Assembly: GCA_947488345.1 (NCBI GenBank)
Contig: CANKZQ010000001.1
Coordinates: 660,518 to 724,517 of the forward strand
Length of the DNA stretch: 64,000 nt
Direction: 5' to 3'
Source of the DNA: an uncultured Flavobacteriaceae bacterium
GTDB taxonomy: Bacteria; Bacteroidota; Bacteroidia; Flavobacteriales; Flavobacteriaceae
Within the stretch, counting starts at the first letter, position 1. Each line of letters opens with the position of its first letter. Under the pieces are notes generated by a model, which was not told the DNA's origin, searched no databases, and saw nothing but the letters and a program-made list of their open reading frames with translations. Position numbers and translations under genes: made by a program. Of the stretch, positions 29,973-39,320 are shown in pieces.

Positions 29973-30809
29973 ATGAAAACGAACATTTTAGTTATCGGGG
30001 GAACCGGAAAAACCGGTCGTCGAGTAATAACACAATTACAAAATAAAGGAATCGAACCTAGAGTTGGTTCAAGACAAGGAACACCAAATTTCGATTGGAA
30101 CAACAAAGATACTTGGGTAAAAACGCTTCAGGGTATAGAAAAAATGTATGTTACCTATTATCCTGACTTGGCCGTTCCAGGTGCTAAGGAAGCCATACAG
30201 AGTTTAACTTATCTCGCCAAAGAATTAGGAGTTAAAAAAATGGTTTTGCTTTCAGGAAAAGGTGAAACCGAAGCAGAAGCTTGTGAAAAAATTGTGATGG
30301 ATTCTGGTATGAACTATACCATCGTTAGAGCTTCATGGTTTAACCAAAATTGGAGTGAAAGCTTCTTTTTAGAACCTATTCTATCTGGAGAAGTAGCACT
30401 ACCAATGTCTAATGTTTTAATCCCATTTGTGGATGCAAATGATATTGCTGAAGTTGCAGCGACTGTTTTACTAGACGATCGTTTCAATGGTGAAATTATT
30501 GAGGTAACCGGACCAGAACTAATCACTTTTAAAGATATTGTAAATATCATTTCAAAGACCAGTAAGAGAAATTTGAATTTTTACGATATTACACTAGAGC
30601 AGTATATCGATGGTATGAAAAAAATGCAAGTTCCTAATGACGTTGTTTGGTTAATTGAATATTTATTCAGTCATGTTTTAACAAATCCGAAAAATCAATT
30701 AGTCGCTCATGATATTGAACGAGTTTTGGGAAGAAAAGCAAAAACATTTTTAGAATATGCGCAAGAAACAGCCAAAACTAGTATTTGGAATCAGGTAAGC
30801 GTTACATAA
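29973..30809 (+). CDS. NmrA-family NAD(P)-binding protein
   Basis: ILVIGGTGKTGRRV, FDW, RASWFNQNWSE, FVDANDIA. Confidence 0.9.
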   Translation: MKTNILVIGGTGKTGRRVITQLQNKGIEPRVGSRQGTPNFDWNNKDTWVKTLQGIEKMYVTYYPDLAVPGAKEAIQSLTYLAKELGVKKMVLLSGKGETEAEACEKIVMDSGMNYTIVRASWFNQNWSESFFLEPILSGEVALPMSNVLIPFVDANDIAEVAATVLLDDRFNGEIIEVTGPELITFKDIVNIISKTSKRNLNFYDITLEQYIDGMKKMQVPNDVVWLIEYLFSHVLTNPKNQLVAHDIERVLGRKAKTFLEYAQETAKTSIWNQVSVT

Positions 30810-30941
30810 TTATTGCGAGCAGCGTACATAAGTAATAGCGATTTGAGTCTTGACTCAAGTCGCTATACTTTTATTTTGTAATTTACTTTCCGAAAAGTAG
30901 CCTATAAATACTCATTACTAATCATACACAACCCGTGAGCA
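30808..30941 (+). repeat. attC-like element E7 with strong internal hairpin
   Basis: GAGCAGCGTACATAAG (30817) ... CATACACAACCCGTG (30923-30937); 15-bp stem 30835-30866 with T-rich tail could also terminate the NmrA operon. Confidence 0.75.
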
Positions 30942-31051
30942 ACAAGCTAAAAATAAACCATCATTACATGAAAAACATGATCAATGTATCTTTCAAAAAA
31001 ATAGTTCCAATTATAGTCGGCATTTAAATTAATTAGTATATCAATATTTGG

Positions 31052-32185
31052 ATGAAAGAAGAAATAATAAAACTAAGGAGAGAACTTCATGCAAACCCTG
31101 AATTATCTTGTTTTGAACATGAAACAGCAAAAAGAATTCAAAGGTTTATAAAGAAACATAACCCGACTCACATCGTTGAAAATTTAGGAGGTACCGGGTT
31201 AGCCGCTATCTATAGGCTTCCAAATAAAGGCAAGTCTATAACAATCAGATGTGAATTAGATGCATTACCAATTCAAGAAGAAAATCAATTCGACCACAAA
31301 TCAAAAAAAAAGGGCATCTCACATAAATGCGGTCATGACGGTCATATGGCCATCGTTTCGGGGTTGATCTTTTGGCTGAAAAATCAATCGTTTAATGCCG
31401 GAGAAATTATATTATTATTTCAGCCAGCAGAAGAGAATGGAAAAGGCGCAAATCTTGTAATAAAAGACGAAAGGTTTAAAAATCTTAAAACCGATTTTGT
31501 ATTTGCCTTGCACAACATACCAAAAGAACCATTACATAATATTATTATAATGAAAAATGGGTTTTCGGCTGAAGTTCAGAGTTTTATAATAAGAGTAAAA
31601 GGAAAAAAATCACATGCCGCAGAACCTGAAAATGGGATAAATCCAGCACTCGCAATTTCTAAGATCATTTCAACCCTTTCAACATTAGAAGTAATCAAAC
31701 CCGAGGATAAAAATTTTACGTTAATAACACCTGTACATATCAATATGGGACAAATAGCCTATGGTATTTCTCCAGAAAATGCTGCTTTACACTATACGAT
31801 GAGAACATGGAATAGAGAAAGAGCTACGACCTTAAAAGCTCAAATAGAACTACTCGTTCAGAAGATATGTCAATTGCACAAACTAACATTCGAAATAGAG
31901 TGGCTTGAATATTTTCCTGCTGCTACTAATAATATTGAAAGCAATAATTATGTTTTAAAAGCTGCTAAAGAAAACAATTTCAAAATTACTGAAAGACCTT
32001 ACCCCTTTAAATTTGGTGAAGATTTTGGATGGTTTTCAAGAGAATATAAAACAGCCATGTTTGGATTAGGTGCAGGCATAAAAACTCCAGCTTTGCACAA
32101 TTCTGATTATGATTTTCCCGATGAAATAATTAAAACTGGAATTACAATGTTTACATCCATAATCTCAACTATCATGAATGAATAA
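31052..32185 (+). CDS. M20D-family amidohydrolase
   Basis: RRELHANPELS, RCELDALPI, HKCGHDGH, FQPAEE, GEDF, LHN. Confidence 0.92.
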   Translation: MKEEIIKLRRELHANPELSCFEHETAKRIQRFIKKHNPTHIVENLGGTGLAAIYRLPNKGKSITIRCELDALPIQEENQFDHKSKKKGISHKCGHDGHMAIVSGLIFWLKNQSFNAGEIILLFQPAEENGKGANLVIKDERFKNLKTDFVFALHNIPKEPLHNIIIMKNGFSAEVQSFIIRVKGKKSHAAEPENGINPALAISKIISTLSTLEVIKPEDKNFTLITPVHINMGQIAYGISPENAALHYTMRTWNRERATTLKAQIELLVQKICQLHKLTFEIEWLEYFPAATNNIESNNYVLKAAKENNFKITERPYPFKFGEDFGWFSREYKTAMFGLGAGIKTPALHNSDYDFPDEIIKTGITMFTSIISTIMNE

Positions 32186-32191
32186 TCAACA

Positions 32192-32325
32192 GAATAGCAT
32201 AGGGATTACAATTCATTGCTAAAAGCTTATAAAGAGTACTTCGCAAATCCTAACGAATTTTATAACTCCTGCCTTTTTTGTTATCTTAGATGCTTACTTA
32301 ACGAATCATAGACAAACTGTTAAGA
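32192..32325 (+). repeat. attC-like element E8 (subfamily alpha, left arm degenerate)
   Basis: 32216-32322 is 80/107 identical to E1 24276-24382; right arm CATAGACAAACTGTT. Confidence 0.8.
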
Positions 32326-32388
32326 TTCATTTTGGCAAATTGTCATTGAAATTAAGACTATACGTTTATACATACTGAAACTGGAATT

Positions 32389-32739
32389 ATGCTAGTCAAT
32401 ATCAATCCCAAATTACCCATGCGTGATAAAAATGTTACACGTGATTTTTATGTAGATAAGTTAGGGTTTAAAGAAATAGGAGATTACGAAGGTTACTTAA
32501 TGGTTCAAAAAGATAAAATAGAAATTCACTTCTTTGAATTTAAAGAACTTGATCCTAAAGAGAATTACGGACAAGTTTATATTCGTACTGACAATATTGA
32601 TGATTTTTACCAAGCATTATTAGTGAATAAAATTAGAATCCATCCTAACGGAAAATTAGAATCCAAACCTTGGGGGCAAAAAGAATTCTCGATACTTGAT
32701 CCTGATACAAATCTATTGACATTTGGTCAAAGTAATTAA
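32389..32739 (+). CDS. VOC/bleomycin-resistance-like protein
   Basis: PKLPMRD...DFY...LGF, IHFF, VYIRTDNID, KPWGQKEFSILDPDTNLLTFGQ. Confidence 0.9.
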   Translation: MLVNINPKLPMRDKNVTRDFYVDKLGFKEIGDYEGYLMVQKDKIEIHFFEFKELDPKENYGQVYIRTDNIDDFYQALLVNKIRIHPNGKLESKPWGQKEFSILDPDTNLLTFGQSN

Positions 32740-32740
32740 A

Positions 32741-32861
32741 AAACGACAACTAACAATTACCATGATTGATTCGTTCGCCATAATTGCAAACGCGAATGGT
32801 CCCCAACTAAATTTTTGTTAACTTAGTTATTTACGAATCTATCATATAACCACTCTTATAA
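32741..32861 (+). repeat. attC-like element E9 (degenerate)
   Basis: TAACAATTACCATGAT (32751); TTTTTGTTAACTTAGTT shared with alpha type; right arm CATATAACCACTCTT. Confidence 0.6.
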
Positions 32862-32874
32862 AATTATAATTCCT

Positions 32875-33381
32875 ATGAAAAACCTACTCCTTATCGCTTT
32901 TTTAAGTGCTTTTTGTCTTAGCTTAAACGCTCAAGAATTTGAAATTCCTGATACTATTGCGCTTAATAATGAGGCCGACTATAAAAAACATGAAACTAAT
33001 GTATTAAATGCTATCAACTGGGTACAGGCAACACCCATAGGTGAGCAAAAAAATAAACGAAAAGAAGTAAACGCCTTTCTCTTTAAATGGATGTCGGGAA
33101 GCCCAAACGTAACCATTGAATTATCGCAAGACCTAGTGCCATTTATGGACTGCTCTGATTGCCTGGTATCTTTTATGAATGGTTGGACTAAATTTAGTTT
33201 GGAAAATAATTACTCTAAAAATAAACTCGATTGTGCTCTTGCAGCAACAAATCATACTATAGAGTTTTACACAAAAAACAAAAATGAATTAGGAAAGATA
33301 GATTCCATTGAAAAACTATCTAAACGAAAAAGTAAGGGAAAATTAAAAGCCTACATCAAATCGAAATTACCTACAAAATGA
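32875..33381 (+). CDS. Hypothetical secreted protein
   Basis: Signal peptide (SLNAQ); helical 'RKEVNAFLFKWMSGSPNV' motif. Confidence 0.75.
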   Translation: MKNLLLIAFLSAFCLSLNAQEFEIPDTIALNNEADYKKHETNVLNAINWVQATPIGEQKNKRKEVNAFLFKWMSGSPNVTIELSQDLVPFMDCSDCLVSFMNGWTKFSLENNYSKNKLDCALAATNHTIEFYTKNKNELGKIDSIEKLSKRKSKGKLKAYIKSKLPTK

Positions 33382-33654
33382 CAATGCGCCAATCTCTATA
33401 ACTAGGGTTGATGAATTATTAAAAGATAGAATGTAACAAACGGAAAACCTTTTGCAATCTATTAATTGCTAACTATACCTAAGAAAAAATCGATAGTACT
33501 TAGTATAGGGTAAATTCCATACTAGTTCCGTTGAAGAAAGAAAGATTAATTGGACGGAACTGATTTGTATGAACATGTTCGAGTGTGATTTATAACTTAC
33601 AAAATCGTCTTAATTATACGTAGGCGATTACCTAGAAAAACCTTTAACGCTAAC
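33379..33654 (+). repeat. Degenerate intergenic element(s) with three hairpins ending in an attC-like right arm (E10)
   Basis: Stems at 33473/33499, 33518/33554, 33603/33621; CCTAGAAAAACCTTT (33631-33645) matches the right-arm consensus 12/15. Confidence 0.4.
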
Positions 33655-34278
33655 ATGACTTGTACACTTTGCAACTCCGAACTCATTCGTAAAAAGGATA
33701 CCTTATATTATGACTGTACTACCTGCAAAGCACTTATTAAAGACGCTGCGTATTACTTAACGGCCGAGAAAGAAAAAGCTAGATATGAAGCGCATAACAA
33801 CGATGTTAATGATCTTCGGTATCAAAATTTTGTCATGCCAATTACTGATTATGTCTTTGCGCACTTCTTACCTACTCACAAAGGATTAGATTTTGGAAGC
33901 GGCACCGGCCCAGTTGTTTCGAGTGTACTATCGAAAAAAAAATATGATATTCAGCAATATGATCCGTTCTTTGCTCCAGATAAACGTGTCTTGAACAACA
34001 GGTTTGATTATATTGTTAGTTGTGAAGTATTTGAGCATTTTCACAACCCCAATCAAGAAATTAATAGACTCGCATCTATACTAAAACCAAATGGAGCATT
34101 ACTGCTCATGACAATGCTTTATAACGACAAGATTGATTTCGACACTTGGCACTATCGTAAAGATCCGACACATGTCTTTATTTATAGAAAGGAAACCATC
34201 AATTTTATCGCAAAGACGAAGAACTTTGACGTAGAAATCTTAACAGATAGATTCATCACATTTAGAAAAAGAACGTAA
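33655..34278 (+). CDS. Class I SAM-dependent methyltransferase with N-terminal Zn-ribbon
   Basis: CxxC...CxxC; EKARYEAHNND; GLDFGSGTGP; YDPFF; CEVFEHF; WHYRKDPTH. Confidence 0.9.
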   Translation: MTCTLCNSELIRKKDTLYYDCTTCKALIKDAAYYLTAEKEKARYEAHNNDVNDLRYQNFVMPITDYVFAHFLPTHKGLDFGSGTGPVVSSVLSKKKYDIQQYDPFFAPDKRVLNNRFDYIVSCEVFEHFHNPNQEINRLASILKPNGALLLMTMLYNDKIDFDTWHYRKDPTHVFIYRKETINFIAKTKNFDVEILTDRFITFRKRT

Positions 34279-34364
34279 GGTAAATCTGGTATTGTACTAT
34301 TTTTATAGTACACGCTAAAATGAATTATAACGTAAAAAGACTCGCTACTTTTATAAGCTCCTAG

Positions 34365-34547
34365 AGAATACGAACTTTAAGTGCCGCTGATTTAGAACAG
34401 ATACGAATTGAAAGAACAGAAGTCAGGCAAAGTAAAAAATTAGGCAACTACCTCAATAGAATTGCTTATCATATATCTGTTCATACGGGTCAGATGCTTA
34501 GCTATTTTAGAATAGTGAATATCGAACGCCCACAAATTTCGGAGTAA
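34365..34547 (+). pseudogene. DinB-family remnant (C-terminal ~60 codons)
   Basis: Frame reads RIRTLSAADLEQIRIERTEVRQSKKLGNYLNRIAYHISVHTGQMLSYFRIVNIERPQISE*; in-frame TAG at 34362, no start codon. Confidence 0.65.
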
Positions 34548-34690
34548 ATAAACGTAAACAAACATAAGATCGAAGAAATAGAAAATCCATTTTATTTTTG
34601 ATATGGCGATGAAACTATGCACATGAAAAGCACTCATTCAGTAATAAATGATATCTTTAGACATCTTTCACTAGAAAGTGAATTATTTTT

Positions 34691-35977
34691 ATGTCAAAAA
34701 TAACCCCACAAATTTCATCTAAAAAAAATCGTGCCATATCGATGTTTGCACTCATCATCGCTGGAGAGGCTATTTTTTTGCTGCCTTTCATTTTAATGCG
34801 GGTGTTCAAACCCGTAATTAGAGAAGCGTTGGTGCTTTCTGATGCTCAAATCGGTGATGCACAAGCTTTATACGGTATTACTGCGGTTATCTCCTATTTT
34901 TTTGGTGGTTTTATTGCCGATAAATGGGAAGCAAGAAAGTTACTATCCGTCTCTCTAGTGTTAACTGCCCTTGGCGGATTTTGGATGACTTTGATTCCTT
35001 CGCTAGTCGGATTAAAAATTTTATACGCTTTTTGGGGTGTTTCTACCATCTTCCTTTTTTGGGCAGCCCTAATAAAAGCAACAAGACAATGGGGCAATGA
35101 ACACAATCAAGGTTTATCTTTTGGTCTATTAGATGGCGGACGCGGTTTTTTTGCCGCCTCTATTGCCCTCTTCGGTGCCACGATTTTAAGTCTATTATTT
35201 CCCGAGAAGGGCGATACAATTTCTTTCGATGCCAAAGTAACCACACTCCAATATATTATAGGTGCCGTAACTACGATTGTTTTTCTTGTGGCACTACTTG
35301 TATGGATCGTATTACCCAAAAGTGGGCCTATTCAAACAGATTCAGATGAATTTCGCTTTGATATGAAGAAAGCACTTTCTCTACTTACTAAGCCTATTGT
35401 TTTATATCATTCGTTGATTATTTTTTGCGCCTATTGCGCCTATAAATTAACAGGAACTTACGGTACCTACGCAAAAGATGTTTGGGGCTATTCTTTAGAA
35501 GAAGCTACCTACTTTGCTGTATTAATCCAATTTTTAAGGCCATTAGCCGCCATATCTGTAGGATGGATCGCCGATAAGTTCATTCCTTCAAGATTGATCG
35601 TACCATGTTTTACCGTTTTGATTTTAACTTCGGCAGTTTTAGGATTGGGTATATTTAAAGACCAACCCATTTTTTTATCCTTTACTTTTTTCATTTTTAT
35701 GGCGCTGGGGACGTACGCATTAAGAGGCTTGTACTTCGCCATTATTGAAGAAACAAAAACACCCATTCAGCTCACAGGTACCTTAGTAGGTATTATATCG
35801 GTTGTTGGTTTTGCACCCGATATTTTTATGCCCTTGTTTGTTGGTTATATGTTAGGAAGCAATCCAACTATTGCTGAATATCAGAACTTATTTACGTGGT
35901 TCACTATCATTCCGATAGTAGGTTTATTGGCCACTATCGCATTTCGAAAAAGTATCCAAGATAAAAGCATCCGATAA
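34691..35977 (+). CDS. MFS transporter
   Basis: About 12 TMs; GGFIADKWEARKLL motif A; GLLDGGRG; repeat motif GWIADKF. Confidence 0.9.
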   Translation: MSKITPQISSKKNRAISMFALIIAGEAIFLLPFILMRVFKPVIREALVLSDAQIGDAQALYGITAVISYFFGGFIADKWEARKLLSVSLVLTALGGFWMTLIPSLVGLKILYAFWGVSTIFLFWAALIKATRQWGNEHNQGLSFGLLDGGRGFFAASIALFGATILSLLFPEKGDTISFDAKVTTLQYIIGAVTTIVFLVALLVWIVLPKSGPIQTDSDEFRFDMKKALSLLTKPIVLYHSLIIFCAYCAYKLTGTYGTYAKDVWGYSLEEATYFAVLIQFLRPLAAISVGWIADKFIPSRLIVPCFTVLILTSAVLGLGIFKDQPIFLSFTFFIFMALGTYALRGLYFAIIEETKTPIQLTGTLVGIISVVGFAPDIFMPLFVGYMLGSNPTIAEYQNLFTWFTIIPIVGLLATIAFRKSIQDKSIR

Positions 35978-36011
35978 GGGATGCTTTCATATATTTATTT
36001 CGAAATTTTCT

Positions 36012-38642
36012 TTATTGCAAACTCGCTAAACTTGCTTTCAACGTTTCTATTTTAGCCAAAGCATCTGCTTCTTTATTCTTTTCACTAGCAACCACTTGCT
36101 CTGGCGCATTGTTCACGAAGCGCTCGTTGGCTAGTTTCTTTTGCACTGAATTCAAGAACCCTTGTGTGTAATTGAGCTCTTCGGTTAATTTTTTAACCTC
36201 GTCTTCAACATTAATAGTGCCAGCCACAGGGATGAAATATTCATTCGATTTCACTCGAAACGTCAAGGCACTAGCTACCTTTTCTGTGATATAAGTTAGC
36301 GATGAAATATTACCAAGCTTGCTAATAACAGTATCTAAATCGCTTGTCATTTGCTCATTATTCAAAACGAAAAACTCGATACTATCTTTAAAAGAAATGT
36401 TTTTTTCTTTACGGATGGTACGGATACCAGCCACAACATTTGTAGCAAAATCGAAATCAGCAATTAATTGTTCATTCACCTGTTTCTTCGAAGGATAATT
36501 GGCAACAATCAATGCCGCTTCAGGTGTACGCTCCTCTATATATTGCCAAATCTCTTCAGTCAAAAACGGCATAAAAGGATGTAATACCTTTAAGTTGTTC
36601 TCAAAAGCACCAATAATTGCTGTATACGTAATCGCATCGACAGGTTGCTCATAACCTGGCTTCAAAATCTCTAGCAACCACGAAGCAAAGTCATCCCAAA
36701 TTAGTTTATAAATAACCATTAAAGCATCTGACAATCTGTATTTACTAAAATGATCTTCAATTTCGGCTAAGGCCTTTTGAAACTTACTCTCATACCAATC
36801 GATTGCTATTTTCGAAGCTTCAGGCTGCTCAATTTCAGAACTTACCTCCCATCCTTTTACCAGTCGAAAAGCGTTCCAAATTTTGTTGGCGAACTGTTTT
36901 CCTTGTTGACATAAATCTTCATCGAACATCAAGTCATTTCCCGCTGGTGAGCTCAATAGCATACCCACGCGAATACCGTCAGCACCATAGGTCTCTATTA
37001 AATCTAAGGGATTCGGAGAATTTCCTAAAGACTTAGACATTTTTCTTCGTTGTTTATCTCGAACTATTCCGGTGAGATACACATTACTAAACGGTTTATC
37101 ACCCTTATATTCATAGCCGGCAATAATCATACGTGCCACCCAAAAAAATAGGATTTCTGGTGCAGTCACCAAATCATTTGTTGGATAATAATAATTAATT
37201 TCTTCATTTTCGGGATTTCGAATACCATCAAAAACACTCATCGGCCAGAGCCATGAAGAAAACCATGTATCGAGTACATCACCATCTTGTCTTAAATCGG
37301 TCATGGCTAGAGATGCATTCTTCGTCTTCTCCTGCGCTAATTTTAAGGCCTCTTCTGGTGTTTCTGCTACTACAAAATCTTCTTTCCCATCTCCATAAAA
37401 ATAGGCAGGAATTTGCTGCCCCCACCACAACTGACGAGAGATGTTCCAATCACGAACGTTTTCCATCCAATGACGGTAGGTATTGATAAATTTATCTGGA
37501 AACAATTGCACCTCCTTGTTCAAAACAGCATCTAAGGCAGGTTTTGCCAAATCTTTCATATTTAAGAACCACTGATCGGATAATCTTGGTTCTATAACAG
37601 CTTTTGTTCTTTCTGACGTTCCAACTTTATTGAGGTGTTGCTCAATTTTCACCAAGTATCCCTTTTCCTCTAATTCTTTTGATATTTCCTTACGTACAAC
37701 AAAACGATCTTTTCCCTCATAATGCAATCCAAAACTATTCAATGTTGCATCTTCATGAAAAATATCGATAACTTCTAATTGATGTTTATCTCCTAAGTTC
37801 TTATCATTCTCATCGTGCGCTGGTGTTACTTTTAAACAACCAGTACCAAATTCTATATCCACATAATCATCTTCAATAATAGGAATCACGCGATTGCATA
37901 AAGGTACAATGGCCTTCTTTCCGCGTAAGTGCGCAAAACGTTCATCATTCGGATTGATACAAATAGCTGTGTCTCCTAAGATTGTTTCAGGGCGCGTTGT
38001 AGCAATCGTTACCTTTTCGGTACTCCCTTCAATATCATACTGCAGATAGTATAAATTACCTTGACGCTCTTCATGAATAACCTCTTCATCTGAAAGGGTA
38101 GTTTTCGCTTCAGGATCCCAATTTACCATGCGATACCCTCTATAGATCAATCCTTTCCTATATAAATCAACAAATACTTTGATAACAGAAGCGCTCATGT
38201 GATCATCCATCGTGAATTTGGTTCTATCCCAATCACAAGAGGCGCCTAACTTTTTTAATTGCTCTAAGATTACACCTCCATACTCATGTGTCCAATCCCA
38301 AGCATGCTTTAAAAACTCTTCTCTTGATAATTCATTTTTATCAATTCCTTGTTCTTTGAGTTTAGCAACCACTTTCGCCTCTGTGGCAATTGAGGCATGA
38401 TCTGTACCAGGTACCCAACAAGCATTTTTACCTTGCATTCGGGCACGACGAATCAATACATCTTGAATTGTATTATTCAACATATGTCCCATGTGCAAGA
38501 CTCCTGTAACATTTGGTGGAGGAATTACAATCGTATAAGGTTCTCTATCATCAGGAGTCGAGTGAAAATACTTATGCTCCATCCAATAGCTATACCATTT
38601 ATCCTCTACTGTACTGGCATTATATGTTGCTGGAATATTCAT
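36012..38642 (-). CDS. valS: Valine--tRNA ligase
   Basis: [33 protein letters not shown]-terminal coiled coil. Confidence 0.98.
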   Translation of the reverse strand: MNIPATYNASTVEDKWYSYWMEHKYFHSTPDDREPYTIVIPPPNVTGVLHMGHMLNNTIQDVLIRRARMQGKNACWVPGTDHASIATEAKVVAKLKEQGIDKNELSREEFLKHAWDWTHEYGGVILEQLKKLGASCDWDRTKFTMDDHMSASVIKVFVDLYRKGLIYRGYRMVNWDPEAKTTLSDEEVIHEERQGNLYYLQYDIEGSTEKVTIATTRPETILGDTAICINPNDERFAHLRGKKAIVPLCNRVIPIIEDDYVDIEFGTGCLKVTPAHDENDKNLGDKHQLEVIDIFHEDATLNSFGLHYEGKDRFVVRKEISKELEEKGYLVKIEQHLNKVGTSERTKAVIEPRLSDQWFLNMKDLAKPALDAVLNKEVQLFPDKFINTYRHWMENVRDWNISRQLWWGQQIPAYFYGDGKEDFVVAETPEEALKLAQEKTKNASLAMTDLRQDGDVLDTWFSSWLWPMSVFDGIRNPENEEINYYYPTNDLVTAPEILFFWVARMIIAGYEYKGDKPFSNVYLTGIVRDKQRRKMSKSLGNSPNPLDLIETYGADGIRVGMLLSSPAGNDLMFDEDLCQQGKQFANKIWNAFRLVKGWEVSSEIEQPEASKIAIDWYESKFQKALAEIEDHFSKYRLSDALMVIYKLIWDDFASWLLEILKPGYEQPVDAITYTAIIGAFENNLKVLHPFMPFLTEEIWQYIEERTPEAALIVANYPSKKQVNEQLIADFDFATNVVAGIRTIRKEKNISFKDSIEFFVLNNEQMTSDLDTVISKLGNISSLTYITEKVASALTFRVKSNEYFIPVAGTINVEDEVKKLTEELNYTQGFLNSVQKKLANERFVNNAPEQVVASEKNKEADALAKIETLKASLASLQ

Positions 38643-38671
38643 TTGGCTTAATTCTTGATAAAAAATGACTG

Positions 38672-38679
38672 CAAAGTTA
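38672..38679 (-). promoter_or_regulatory. -7 promoter element for valS
   Basis: Minus strand TAACTTTG, 29 nt before ATG. Confidence 0.6.
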
Positions 38680-38765
38680 CGATTATCAATACTAAGTAAA
38701 AACTTTGTCCGTTATAATTTTATAGAAAAATGAGTATCTTTACAAGATCAAAATAATTTAAAGAA

Positions 38766-39272
38766 ATGAAAAAAATAGCAATTATACTATTTATTGGAAT
38801 CTTTGGTGTTTCAATGAGTGCACAAGAAAAAATTACAGTTGTTGAAGATGTAAAAAAACCTGCCAATGCTGTAGCGCAAAAAAAAGCAGATCCTAATGCT
38901 CCTGTTTTCGAATTTGAACGAAAAATTGTAGACTATGGAGCAATTGAAAAGGGGTCAGCAGGAACTTACAATTTTAAATTCAAAAATATTGGTAAGTCGC
39001 CACTTATTATTTCTAATGTAAAAGGTAGTTGTGGCTGTACGGTTCCTTCGGCTCCAAAAGAACCAATTATGCCAGGAGCAACTGGTGTTATCCAGGTGAA
39101 ATATGATACCAATAGAGTGGGACCAATTTCTAAAACAATTACAATTACATCGAATGCCTCAGAGCCAAAAAAGGTGATTCGAGTAAAAGGATTGGTGAAA
39201 AAGGAAAGCGCTTTATCTATCTTAGAGAAGAAAGAAAAGAGTATGGTTTCTAATGACAAGAATGGTAATTAG
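38766..39272 (+). CDS. DUF1573 Ig-like domain protein
   Basis: Signal peptide; FKFKNIGKSPLIISNVKGSCGCTVP. Confidence 0.88.
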   Translation: MKKIAIILFIGIFGVSMSAQEKITVVEDVKKPANAVAQKKADPNAPVFEFERKIVDYGAIEKGSAGTYNFKFKNIGKSPLIISNVKGSCGCTVPSAPKEPIMPGATGVIQVKYDTNRVGPISKTITITSNASEPKKVIRVKGLVKKESALSILEKKEKSMVSNDKNGN

Positions 39273-39291
39273 AACCTTATCACGATATGAT

Positions 39292-39320
39292 AAAAAGCGA
39301 CTCCTTGAGTCGCTTTTTTT
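39292..39320. terminator. Bidirectional intrinsic terminator
   Basis: AAAAAGCGACTC-CTT-GAGTCGCTTTTT between convergent genes. Confidence 0.88.

Larger units (their letters stand above)
23521..34547 (+). mobile_element. Integron-like gene-cassette array with no integrase in the window (CALIN-like)
   Basis: All ORFs on + strand, separated by attC-like repeats with conserved arms; cassette start and end sequences are mutually complementary. Confidence 0.7.

Noticed and set aside
1781-31312. Poly-A runs of about 9 nt in coding regions (near 1781 and 31302) as phase-variation switches
   Set aside because: Such runs are common in this AT-rich genome, the frames are intact, and nothing else suggests contingency loci.
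23521-34547. The recurring intergenic elements as a CRISPR array or as XerC/D pdif sites
   Set aside because: The repeats are 125-165 bp and divergent, and they are separated by whole genes. No cas genes and no 28-bp dif-like arm-6bp-arm consensus are present.
34440-34637. 65-aa minus-strand ORF
   Set aside because: It is antisense to the DinB remnant and has no family features.
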